Source of the DNA: Schizochytrium sp. TIO01
Lineage: Eukaryota > Protista > Bigyra: Labyrinthulomycetes
Assembly: GCA_004764695.1 (NCBI GenBank)
Contig: SMSO01000032.1
Coordinates: forward strand, 8,774,483-8,838,482
DNA: 64,000 nt
Reading direction: 5' to 3'
In this document: in pieces, positions 1 through 11,183 of the stretch
Layout of the letters: each line of letters opens with the position of its first letter
How positions within the stretch are numbered: position 1 is the first letter of the stretch
Made by a program: the position numbers and the translations under genes
The notes under the pieces: generated by a model
Database searches by the model: none
What the model was told of the DNA's origin: nothing
What the model saw: only the letters and a program-made list of their open reading frames with translations

Positions 1-1171
1 GGCTTCGCTTGATTCTAGCAGCCTTGACAGGATGATTGGAGATACCAACTTCTTCCTGCAGGATCCCGATGAAGATGACGAAGATGCCGTGCCTTCTGCT
101 GAAATCGAGATTATGATTGCAGAGCAATCTGCTCGTAGAAAAGGTCTTGCCAGTGAGGCTTTGCGACTCATGATGCGTTACGGTCACGACGTGCTCAAAC
201 TGGAGCGTTTCGTTGCAAAAATCGGAGCTGCAAATGCTCCTTCGCTTGCACTCTTTGAGAGCTTGGGATATCAGCGAGTGGCATATGTCGAGGCTTTTGA
301 GGAACACGAGCTTCGCTGGAATGCTTCGAATGAAGATGCCTTGACTAAGCTCCCTGCTTTGCAGACGGCAGAAGATAAGGATACCGAGAAGGACGTTTAT
401 GAAAGTGCAGCGTCTGTTGACCAGTATGTGGCGCTTCACTTTGGTGGCGAACAATGTCTTAGATTGCATGATGGTGCTCCCAAAAGTGCTCTTAACTTCC
501 CTCAGCGCTGTGCACAGATACTCCTGAAATTGGTGGAGGACTCTGCAAGCACCATGGGACCCATCAGCCGTGCAAATGCGCTCGATGTTGGATGTGCAGT
601 TGGAGGTTCTACGTTTGAGCTCTCAAAGTCGTTCTCGCTTGCTCTTGGTATTGATAAGTCGTCAAGTTTTGTTGCACAGGCGAAATCTCTTCGCGATGCT
701 CCGTCAGACCGTGCAGTAAACGCCAGTGTCCCTGTAGAGGGCAAGAGCAGGCGTACACTCGCAGTCCAGCTCGATGCTAATGTACGCCGTGCTCGTGTAG
801 AATTTGCAACAGGTGATGCCTGTGATCTCGGTTCTGTCTCCGCTGTAAAATCTTCAGGCCCGTTCAGTGCAGTTCTGCTAGGCAACCTGCTGTGCCGCCT
901 TCCGGACCCCGAAGCGTGCTTGCGCCAGCTGCCAGCACTGACTAAACCACAGAGTGTGGTTCTCATCGTGTCTCCATACACGTGGATGGAGGAATTTACA
1001 CCTCGCAGTAAATGGCTGGAACCTGGTGAGGAGCGTGTGACAGCTATCATGAATGATCTGGGTTTTGATCGTGTTCTTGTTGAAGACGTTCCGCTGATCA
1101 TTCGTGAGCATGAGCGCAAGTACCAGTACATTGTCTCACAGGCTCTTGGTTTCCGTCGTCGCTCCGAGTAG
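1..1171 (+). CDS. 5'-partial fusion protein: NAT9-like GNAT N-acetyltransferase plus OvoA C-terminal-type SAM-dependent methyltransferase
   Basis: The frame is open from base 2 with no stop before the ATG at 32, so the gene probably starts upstream of the window. The N-terminal part MIGDTNFFL...AEIEIMIAEQSARRKGLASEA...FVAKIGAANAPSLALFESLGY matches NAT9-family motifs. The C-terminal part YES..SVDQY..LHFG, ALDVGCAVGGSTFELS, GDACDL, NLLCRLPDP, SPYTWMEEFTPRSKWL, DVPLIIREHERKYQY matches the ovothiol OvoA C-terminal methyltransferase family. Confidence 0.85.
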   Translation, partial: ASLDSSSLDRMIGDTNFFLQDPDEDDEDAVPSAEIEIMIAEQSARRKGLASEALRLMMRYGHDVLKLERFVAKIGAANAPSLALFESLGYQRVAYVEAFEEHELRWNASNEDALTKLPALQTAEDKDTEKDVYESAASVDQYVALHFGGEQCLRLHDGAPKSALNFPQRCAQILLKLVEDSASTMGPISRANALDVGCAVGGSTFELSKSFSLALGIDKSSSFVAQAKSLRDAPSDRAVNASVPVEGKSRRTLAVQLDANVRRARVEFATGDACDLGSVSAVKSSGPFSAVLLGNLLCRLPDPEACLRQLPALTKPQSVVLIVSPYTWMEEFTPRSKWLEPGEERVTAIMNDLGFDRVLVEDVPLIIREHERKYQYIVSQALGFRRRSE

Positions 1172-2310
1172 AGGTTAAAGTTGATCTTTTCAAGAATAAG
1201 TTAATACCTCTGGCGTACCCGCGCCCTGACTTGACCACACACTGATAACATAGTCATCACCGCTTTGTTTTTATATGTTCCCTCCTTCGCTTCCTTCCAA
1301 TGTCTTGGATCTTTTGATGTTTTTGAGAGCGGTAATATATCGCGCTTAATCAGTAATTGAAACTCCCTTAGCCTATTTCTTTGCAACCCGTATGTGTCTC
1401 CAGGAGCTAGTTATATGCAGATGAAGCCTTAGGAAGAGACAATTAAGCAGGTCCTTCTTGCAATTTGGTAGCAGGGGCACTACTGCTAGGTCCCTCCCTA
1501 TGTGGGTGGCATTCGCCAGCAGATGAGTCTTAGCGAGGTTTCCTCTCTCTATTCACGTCCATTGGCCCCTTGTTGACTTTGAGCTACAATGAAGAACTTT
1601 TTGATCTCTCGTCGCAGTTTAATCTCTGTGATGCCCAGTACGCATCGATTCCAACTTCTATCGCATTATATTTGGAGTACTTTGCTCGATTCAGTCTCTG
1701 GCGCCCTATACTAGAGTAGTTGCTATTGAGCACATAGTCCTTTTTACTCATATGGCGTCCTTTCTTTCCGTGAGCATTCTTAGTTCCACTTTCTTTTCTT
1801 CATCCGCTCCATCCCGCGCCCCTTTCGCTGCGAATTCGCTGTGAAAGAGCCCTTTGCTCTGTCTTGGCTCTCTTCTCACGTGGGCCGGGGAACGCACGGA
1901 AGAGTTTTTGCGAATGTCCAAGTTGAACTGTATGTAGCTGGTGATGACTTCTTCTCCGCTTCTTCGAAGACGAGATCTTTTTTCCATCGTTAATTTAGTT
2001 TTGAAAGAAAAAGAAAACAACGATCATGAATTTAAGTAATAAAATGCGATTCTCTAAGCTTCGCGTCTCTCTACTTTCAGTAGGACTACAGTAAGTGGAA
2101 CTACCGCCATCATGGACTGATTTTGTTTGGTATTTTCTTGTTCTTCTGTCGAATCAATTCGGCTAAAGCAAATGCGAAACGAGAGCGGCGCTTTGACAAC
2201 GCAGGACTGAATCGATCGCAGAACTTCGGGCTAGCAACACCGCGATCGAACTCGATCGCTGAGTGGTTTGGTTTTACAAGGGCTGTTTAGTATCTTGGGA
2301 AGCTTTCAGG

Positions 2311-3303
2311 ATGGCTTCCAAAGTACTGGCCTTTAGCGACGCCATTGATGCCAAAGTCGATGAGTTCTTTGAGCACTTTGGCGTAGGTACTGAGGGTGTG
2401 GACGGTGGTCTGCGGCTGTGCTGCCTGATCTTTCTTGTAGTCACTGTTGTTTCATTCGTGACCGCCGAGCTCACCAACAATGTGTCTCAAACCGACAAAC
2501 TTTGGAGTCTGATGCCTCCGATTTACGCATGGGTTTTGCAGCTCAGCAATGACCACGGCAACGCAAGGCAGCTTATGATGACGTTTCTGGCATCTCTTTG
2601 GGGAATGCGACTCACGCTCAACTTTACCAAGCACGGTGGCTACAACTGGCCTCCATGGAAGGGTGAAGAGGATTACCGCTGGGTGCACGTGCGTAAGCTA
2701 CTCAAGGCCAAAGATTACCCCGTTCTTTGGATCCTTTTTGACTTGACCTTCATTGCAGGCTACTGCCATCTAATCCTTCTGGGCCAAATTCTTCCTATGT
2801 ACATTGTTGCCAAGAATGGCAATGGCTTGCCTCTCAACAAGTGGGACGCGGCTCTCTTCACGTTGGTGCTGTTCCTGATTGCCATTGAGTCCATCGCAGA
2901 TGAGCAGCACCAGGAATACCAGCAAGTTAAGGACGAGTACAAGCACCACCCAGGCCGCAAGCCTCAAAACATTCGTGATGGTTTCTTCCACTCTAAGCTC
3001 TTCTGGTTCTGCCGCCACCCGAACTATGCTGCTGAGCAGATGATCTGGATCACCATGTACCTCATTTCCGTTAATGTGCGAATGACCCACCCGTACAAGC
3101 CTTCCTCTGGCCCGGATCTTTGGATTCACTGGTCTATGCTCGGTGCAGTGCTTTTGGTTCTTCTTTTTACTCCGTCTGCAATGTTCTCCGAAAGCATCAG
3201 CAAGGGTAAATACTCCAATTACGCTGAGTACCAGAAGACCACTTGGATGTTCTTTCCTTTTGGCACCTGGGGTACCTGGGCTAACAAGACGGAGTTCCCT
3301 TAG
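2311..3303 (+). CDS. DUF1295 family (steroid 5-alpha-reductase-like) integral membrane protein
   Basis: First ATG at 2311 (caggATG). Motifs NVSQTDKLWS, LWGMRLTLNF, GEEDYRW, IESIADEQ, GF..SKLFWFCRHPNYAAEQ, SESIS..KY..YAEYQKTT..FFP; several TM segments. Confidence 0.9.
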   Translation: MASKVLAFSDAIDAKVDEFFEHFGVGTEGVDGGLRLCCLIFLVVTVVSFVTAELTNNVSQTDKLWSLMPPIYAWVLQLSNDHGNARQLMMTFLASLWGMRLTLNFTKHGGYNWPPWKGEEDYRWVHVRKLLKAKDYPVLWILFDLTFIAGYCHLILLGQILPMYIVAKNGNGLPLNKWDAALFTLVLFLIAIESIADEQHQEYQQVKDEYKHHPGRKPQNIRDGFFHSKLFWFCRHPNYAAEQMIWITMYLISVNVRMTHPYKPSSGPDLWIHWSMLGAVLLVLLFTPSAMFSESISKGKYSNYAEYQKTTWMFFPFGTWGTWANKTEFP

Positions 3304-4709
3304 TTGGAGAAGTTGAGATTTGAGAAGTAGTAGTACGATCACAGCTTGCAATGTCGGGCGGTCTCTATGGGTTATGTGGGGCCCCTAATATTTGTCGAAG
3401 CGTGACACGCATTGCGATAGGATAGACTGTTGCCGGTATATTCTGGTATCGCAATCTTGACTAAAATGAAGCAAGCGTGGCTTAGACCTTAATTCCGAGA
3501 AATGCTACACTGACAGCCGGCCTGGGAGGCTTCTTTAGGCACCTAAACCATCCATTTTCCATGCAACAACACAAGGCATGCATGATAAAATTTTAAATAT
3601 AGATTTATACTCCCGTAACTTCCTTCACTCGTGCTTTTCTGGTGGAACAAAATTCTATTTTTGTCGGATGGCCCACTCTAATGTTCAACGGAAGGTATCA
3701 TTGGGTATTTCTAAAGACTAGTTGAAGATATCGCTGGGCAACTATTCTTTCTTCTGTGATACAGAGATGTGAAAGAGTATGTATTTAGATTAAGATACAG
3801 CATTATTTCATCCTTCTCTTTATGCAGCCAACAGGTAAATTTCATAAATCTTTAAAGATTTAACCACGAGCATGAGAAAGAGGGTACTACTGTTCGTTCA
3901 CGAGATAAATATCTTAACTGGCGTCAACATATAAATATAAATCTACTCGCGCGTTAAGACGTGCTATTTAAGAGATAGCTATTTGTGGGAAACCAGCATA
4001 AAATAAAAGTTTGGGTATAGTGATTTGCATGGTCTTGAGCTATATTAAGAAGAAGATTGAATTACGATTATTATGTCTCTCAGTGGTTATCAAAGAAGCA
4101 AAATCAACAGGACTTATCCAAGGCATGAGTTCGCATGCATCTGTGCTCTCATGCACGTCGACAGCGCCCACTCACCCAGTATGAGGACGATCTGAGTAAA
4201 CAAGAGAAGACGGTAGTGGTTTCAAGTTATATGTATGTAGATCGCTGATCAATCCTCGCAGTGCACCTCAATACCCGCACCCACACAGATACACTTGCTG
4301 ACCGTCTATTAAAACGACCGTCGTCCCCCGTGGATGCATGCCTCGTAGGCGCGTGTTATTGAGCTATTACTGCGAAAGACTGATCGAGTGATCATCGATT
4401 GAATGGTTGTTTTTTGGTTGGTTGGTTCGTTGAACGAATGAATGGTTTAAAAGATCCCAAAGTTGCTTTTGCATATCCACGCCGACTTAGAGCACAGCTT
4501 CGTGCTAAGCGACGCAAGAAATACTCGGAAAGCCGCATTTCTCAAGATCCAGAATCATAGCATCTCCAAAGTTTCCTTCATGTGTGCGAGGCTTCTTTCC
4601 TAAAAATGCAAGATTTTCGGAACCTCCATGAAGCTCAGAAATAGCTGAAGACCCAAGATTTGGAGACCCGACTTTTCATATTTGGAGACCAAACATCTTC
4701 GTATCTAAC

Positions 4710-5396
4710 TCAGCTAAAGTAGCAGGCCCAGAGGGACATACCAAGGAAGATGAGGCTGACAGCTACGAGCATCTGCGCCTCTTTTTTAACGCTGGCGTCA
4801 AGGACCTTCTCGTCGAAGTTAAGGAAAACCGCTGCGACGGCCGCGAGGCCAAGCCAGACAAACATTCCGTACTGAAGCGAGTGCTTCTGGTCGATGGCCA
4901 CGCCCTGAGCAGCAGCGATGAATTGGCAGGCAAGTCCGAAGGTCACAAGACCGAGCGTACGCGTGAGGCTCGTGTGGAAGGCCTCAGGGCTTGCCTGGTA
5001 GCTCTTGAGGTGAGCGATGTGGTCCGGGAAGAACATGAGCACGAGACCAAGGACAAGGACGAAGCTGTAAGTCACACGGAGCACAAGCTTTGTGGCAGTG
5101 TCGTCGCCAGCGGACGGGACAGAGGCAGCAGCAACAGCGGCCTTGTCGGCAACGCTCTTGGCAGCAACCTTGGCAGCGTCTTCAAAGTCCGTGACCTCAT
5201 CCTCGGTGCCAGGCTCTTCGCCCTGCTTCGGCTTCTTCGTAGTCGTGCGGGGAGTGCGAGGAGTAGCGGACTTCGAGCGAGACGACTTTCCGGGAGTCTT
5301 AGTCGTCTTGCGACCGCGCGAAGTGGCGGCTGAGGTCGAAGTCTTCGAAGTCTTCGACGAAGGAGAGCTCACGGCGGTAGATTCCTTCGTGGACAT
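4710..5396 (-). CDS. Hypothetical membrane protein: low-complexity S/T/K-rich N-terminus plus about 4 TM helices (weak TP53I11/DUF4345-like pattern)
   Basis: ATG at 5396 (aaaATG), strong codon bias, four hydrophobic segments, LMFFPD and TRTLG pattern. The family assignment is weak. Confidence 0.75.
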   Translation of the reverse strand: MSTKESTAVSSPSSKTSKTSTSAATSRGRKTTKTPGKSSRSKSATPRTPRTTTKKPKQGEEPGTEDEVTDFEDAAKVAAKSVADKAAVAAASVPSAGDDTATKLVLRVTYSFVLVLGLVLMFFPDHIAHLKSYQASPEAFHTSLTRTLGLVTFGLACQFIAAAQGVAIDQKHSLQYGMFVWLGLAAVAAVFLNFDEKVLDASVKKEAQMLVAVSLIFLGMSLWACYFS

Positions 5397-5503
5397 TTTG
5401 CTCGCACGCAGATCAAGGCAAGGAGGACTGACAGGCACGCAGACGGAAGACGCGAGAGGACGAGAGAGATGTTGCCTTCGACGCCTGCTTTGCGAGATCG
5501 CTT

Positions 5504-5556
5504 TGATCTGATTTGATCTGATTGATCTGATTGATCTGATTGATCTGATTGATCTG
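5504..5556. repeat. 9-bp tandem repeat (TGATCTGAT)n, about 6 copies
   Basis: Read directly; lies just upstream of the 4710-5396 gene. Confidence 0.9.
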
Positions 5557-6654
5557 CTGCTGATGTTTCCGCCTTTCCTCCTATTATTCCTCTTCCTTAC
5601 AAGGTACTTAGTTAGTTAGCTATACCCTTAACTAAGCAATAAATAGCCTCTCCAAAGCTCGTTTGTTTCTTTGCCTCCTAATGATGTCTGTTGTTAACCA
5701 ACTAAGTGATTCTCGTTTCTCGCAAGTTTTCCGTCGCTGCGAGCTTAACACTCATTCCCAGCCTCCGGCTCCTCCGCTGGGCTCCAGTCTGCGCCAGCCC
5801 GGCAGCTCCTGCGCGGCAGCCGACTCGAGTCTCCTGCTCTGCTCTCGCGCTGCTCGTTGGTTATCCTTCGATCATCAGTCTAAGCAAATGCCAAATCAAA
5901 TGATTTCTTCTTCTTCTTCTTATTCTCCTATTTACTACAAATACATTAAAAAACATAAATCTAAGAAACAAAGAAAGAAAGAAAGAAAGAAAGAACTTTG
6001 AAAGAAAGAACTTTGAAAGAAAGAAAGAAAGAAAGAAACAAAGTGAAGGGCCATAAATAGACCACTCCCTCCTCATGTCGCACAGGAAGACCTCGAAGTG
6101 GAGGCCGCCGAGGCTCCGGCCCGCTGCCACTGAGCTTCCCCTCGTCCTTCTTCTGACGCCCACTCGCCTCGAACGCAGGCAGAGCGCTAGCTGAGAGCCC
6201 TGCGCCTCAGCACTCCGGTTCTAACGACTGACCCTCTTATTTACTTGCTACTAAGCCGTTACCGCACGGCCTTAGCAGTGGCGCTACCACCAGATAGGGG
6301 AAACAGCGCCGTTAAAAGAATAAAAGAAACCACTCGATGAGTGAGCAGATTTCCGGCCTTCGATGATGACACGGATCTCGAGCGGAGTGGGTTGCAAGGG
6401 CCCGCTCGTGGCTCTCCACTCCTCACGCACGCACTCATTGACGAGCAGCAGGCAGCTTCCCGCCTACCCATGCCTCCCGATGCGGCCGGAGTGAAAGCGC
6501 CTCGATCGAAGATGGGTTTTTAGCTTTGGACATATAACTAACAGTATTGGCCCTACCTGTGTCTCGTAGAACCTGGGCCTAGCGACTACTACTGCTACCT
6601 AAGAAAAGAAAGGAAAAGCAGAATCCTCTAAGTTGCCATCGAATCAATGGTGTC

Positions 6655-6776
6655 TTTATGAATGTGTTTATGAATGTGTTTATGAATGTGTTTATGAATG
6701 TGTTTATGAATGCATTTATGAATGCATTTATGAATGTATTTATGTATTTGTGAATGTATTTATGAATGTGTTTATG
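6655..6776. repeat. 12-bp minisatellite (TTTATGAATGTG)n, about 10 diverging copies
   Basis: Read directly; it produces the spurious ECVY/INTF ORFs. Confidence 0.9.
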
Positions 6777-7530
6777 TGTATTTGTATGTATATGCATGGG
6801 ATAGTAAAGAAAGAAGAAAAGGAAAACTCCTTCGTTTTCCATTTCCTTTTTCCATTTCCCATTTCTTCAAGTTCGTGGACATAGCAGTCCACCGAACTTC
6901 CTGCCTGCGATCCGTGAGAGTCATACTTCGGCGACAGGCGTCGATGCCGAGACGAAGACCACCTCTCAATGCGATGCGAAGAGCTGCTTCTGAATTCCAG
7001 ACACCATATTGACGGTGAATTTTGCCTCTTTCCTGAGCGCTTCGGTCCATGGTCCTTTACTTTGTCAGAGTAGAAGAAGATTGGCAAAGCAGCAGAACGT
7101 GTGGAATATGTGGAACATATGGAACATAGGCGTTCTTGCCGTTTTTGGATAACGCCCGGGATAGAGGGGGGAGGGGAGGGGACAGAAGAGAGAAATCTCA
7201 CTGGGAAAGGTCCCAGTGGAGGTATGAGCTTCAATGTGAGGAACAGGGAAAATTACTCTAATCTTGTCCGTTTACAATTCTGCCGTTCGTTTGCTTCTTT
7301 GTTTATTTGGGACTTACTTGAGAGGTTTCGCTTTGGGAATAAAAGGACCTTTTCGCTAGATTCGTTGCCGACCTTGCCCTCACCAGGCTGCCTGGAGATG
7401 CCTTAAGCTAGAGAATTTCGAAGGCAGTAGGTCGAGACGAAGATTTATTTATTTGTAAGAACAAATTTTGCTTATAGGGTCAAGTAAATTTGCAACCTAG
7501 GAGATAACCGCAAGGACGAAAATAGAATAT

Positions 7531-7887
7531 CAACTCCATGGGTTTTAGAATCATTGGGTTTTATAAGAATCGGGGTTCTTGCACCAAGTTCTGACTTTTA
7601 GAGTGCCAAGAATTATGATCCTCGGCTTGACGCTGTACCGCTATGCTCATCGTTTTTGACACTTTGAACTGCTTCACAAGCTCTAGTCTAAGTGCAAGAA
7701 TTTAGAGCAACTCCATGGTTTTTAGAATCATTGGGTTTTATAAGAATCGGGGTTCTTGCACCAAGTTCTGACTTTTAGAGTGCCAAGAATTATGATCCTC
7801 GGCTTGACGCTGTACCGCTATGCTCATCGTTTTTGACACTTTGAACTGCTTCACAAGCTCTAGTCTAAGTGCAAGAATTTAGAGCAA
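7531..7887. repeat. Near-perfect 177-bp tandem duplication (2 copies)
   Basis: Units start CAACTCCATG at 7531 and 7708 and end ...TTTAGAGCAA; only about one substitution is visible. Confidence 0.95.
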
Positions 7888-9249
7888 ATGGTTAGCTGGT
7901 AAGAATGATGTTTAACCTCTAGAGTGTGAGCAAGATTACAGAGCAGTATTATCATTTGTGGTCATTGAGAACTGAAGCTATCCAGAATGGGGGTTGTAAG
8001 AAAGCCAAAGTATCCATATATCGTTGATATCAAAGCAAGGTTACAGCACTTCACCATTGAGGTGCCTTAGTTGACCTAGAAGCCTGCTGGTCTATCAGCT
8101 ACGCTTGTACTCTCACCTTGCTGATATGGGTTTAACTAGGATCCCCACTGGTAGAATACTGACCTACTAGTTTGGTGTAAAGCACCATATCCAATCTCTC
8201 TAGTAGGGGGATAAAGTGAATATTCGTGGTGAAAGAAGGGTTCTAAAATTGTTTGGGAGTACTATGTAGAAAATCCGCAATGAAAAGAACCAGGTAATTT
8301 GTCATGGACTCCATCAGAGATACGTCGTCCTTGATCTTCTTGCAATAGATACATAACTAGTTAATTTATTGGTCATAACTTTTGTAAAGTGAAATCGAGC
8401 AACATGGGCTCAATGAGAGACGGCATACCAGCAAAGGAAGCGTTCCTGGTGTATCTTTTGGTTGGCTCGTCGCCGCCCACTTGGGTACTACTTGACAGAT
8501 GGAGCGATCCGCCAGAATAAGCTCATCTTACTTGATGTGAAACCAGCTCCTTGGATGGTTTGTAGGTTGGTAGTGTAGAACAGCGCTCTCACATTTGGCT
8601 GCAACTAATATGCTAGGTTGCTATGCTGTGATTGTTTCCATGAGATAACAGAGGGCATTTGCTGGCGCTAGCAACAACATTACAAAGCTTCAATAAAGCA
8701 ATACAACCAACTCAAACGCTTCGAAACCAGTCACTCAAATAGAGCATTAACCTAACAATCTACTGTGTACACGTTGTTTTAATAACTATTACTTCATTCA
8801 TCTCCTCATGAAGTCAGGTAAGCGAGGCAGTAATCTTCGCTGCAGCACTTAGTATTCTATCCTTATCTTTGTCATTACCCCTATCTCTCCTCTTTTTTTT
8901 TTTTTCTCTCTTTTTTTTTTTTTTTTTCAACTTGAAGATGCTTTGGGTGATTATGGTTCGCAAATCTCAGCTTAGTTAACTTCAGGAATGACTTCCGAAG
9001 CAAACGTGGAGCCTGCATGAGCCCAGTGCACCGTGTGCATGAGAAAAAAATCCATCTTTACGGTCGTTTTCTTCTGTGGCATGCCCCTTTGTTCGGAAAC
9101 GTCCGGTCAGGACCTCCAAAAGTAGCCCATTTGGGTGTAACGGCATGAAAGTGGATTCACATAGCAGCGAGTCGCTAGTATTAAGAAGCGAACAAAATCG
9201 CGTGCAGACCCTCCAAAGCCCGTGTCAAAGAGTACGGTCTGGAAGGCCC

Positions 9250-10612
9250 GTGCGAGCTTGGATCTTTGCACACATTGAGGACCGATGCCTGTTGTTTCCT
9301 TCTTATCTTTGAAAAGAAAACAGAACGTCTGAGTATGATCGGTTCTGATATATGTGGTATCTAGCACCGTTCTACGGAGAACACCTTGCAGAGGTAGATA
9401 ATATGACCACGATGGTGCTAATTAAACCTGAGGCCTGCTTTCTGCAAAGAGGTTCGCGTGGCAAGAAGCCATTGGCAAGATATAATGCTGCACGGTTTTC
9501 GAACCTCAAGTAATGCGAGTTTGCATTGGTGCGAAGAATATGCATGCGAAGAAGCATAGAAGCAAACGCTGACTTTCCCTGCCTTGGACTTTTCATACTA
9601 GTAGGACGTGCGAATTCGCATGCACAGCACAGAGGTCTCCATGAGATTTTGCGCTTGAAGCAAGAGTATAGGACAATCTCAGGAACAGGACCTTGTGCGA
9701 ATTCTGTGGTGCGCTGAGCAAATCGTTTCGTGCAGCAAAGTCTCATGATTATCAATGGTCATTCTCATGACATTATGGCTGAAGTAAGCAACAGATGATG
9801 AATCTGCACGGTTACGTCCAGTTTTCGTGAGTTGTGCTTTTTCACACGACTGCAACATAATGAGCAACACTAGAAGGCTATGCGAATTTGATGGCCACAA
9901 TGAGAGAATAAGCATGCGAAGAAGCTGCACGGTTATATCCAATTTCGTAAGTTAAATTGACTACAACTTATAAAGGTTGTGCGAATTTGAGCAAACAAGG
10001 AAGGACTAGCATGCGAAGAAGGTGCACAGTTACCTTTAGTCTCCATGCATATATTTGACTGCAACTTACAAGGGTATGCGAATTAAAATAAGAAAATATT
10101 ACAGTATGCGAAGAAATTGCACGGTTACATTCTGTTTACGTGAGATAGTACTTCCCGTAATTGAGACTCATTGACGCCTACTCAGTGCAAATAGTGAGCT
10201 GTGCGAATTTGACAAGAATTGCTGTGTGAATTCGAGCACGAAACTAGGAAGATTCATCCATAGTTCGAAAACTTTCCTGAGCAAAATGGATGAAAAGTCA
10301 GCTAGGCCTGCATAGCATGCGAGTTTATGATTACTAGTATTGTCTGGAAAAGCATAGAAAGTCGTGCGAGTTTGCGAGGTTTGCTCAGCGTTCTCTTGCT
10401 TCAGTTATCTAGGAATGCGAGTTTTCTACTTCTAGAGAATACTTGGGAAGGCTTAGGTGGCGATGCGAATTTGCTGTTCTCATGACTTCCGCACGAGCTT
10501 GGCTTATGCGAGTTTACTGCTCTCATGACTTCCGCACGAGCTCAACTTATGCGAGTTTACTGCTCTCATGACTTCCGCACGGGCCTGGGTCGTGCGAGTT
10601 TACTGCTCTCAC
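9250..10612 (+). repeat. RTGCGAR motif domain: 20 same-strand copies, including a degenerate ~97-bp repeat (about 9800-10130) and a 43-bp tandem repeat (10463-10612)
   Basis: RTGCGAR at 9250, 9513, 9529, 9544, 9608, 9695, 9880, 9914, 9979, 10011, 10076, 10106, 10201, 10317, 10364, 10415, 10463, 10506, 10549, 10592. TGCACRGTT at 9489, 9805, 9926, 10023, 10118. Confidence 0.9.
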
Positions 10613-11183
10613 TTCTTCAGCATAGTGGAAAACTCAAGTTACCATGTTAACATAAAAGGGGCCGCCATATCAATGTGGGGGTCCATCGACAAGCTGGTGT
10701 CCGCAGAGCAACAGCAAACCCCAAACAGCTCAACCACAAGCAACCAAACACGCAACTAAACAAGCAACCAAACAAGTAAACAAACAAGTAAACAAACAAA
10801 CAATGACACCAGACCTACAAAAGTAGCGATTGCGTATCACGAAACTGCGGATCGGCATTGTACGAGATGCTTAAAACTTTAGTTTCAATACCAACGCAAC
10901 AACTGCGATGACGATATCCAAGTCCTTCGCGAGTCTCACCCAGATGGGTTGAGCAAACTAAGCAACGCTCGTGTACCTGGTGTAAAACATACCAGGGGCA
11001 CTCACTCGAACTCTACAACAAACGGTTGTTCGAGTCCTTACAATCTCTTGATGTATTGTCACAATTGTTGACCTCGGCCTACTACAATGCTGCAACAACG
11101 GTGCATTGCGATTGGTGCGCTTCACAACACTGGTGGTGCGACTTAATCAGCCTTCTAAGCATTTCCAGAAAGCTCGTTTATTC

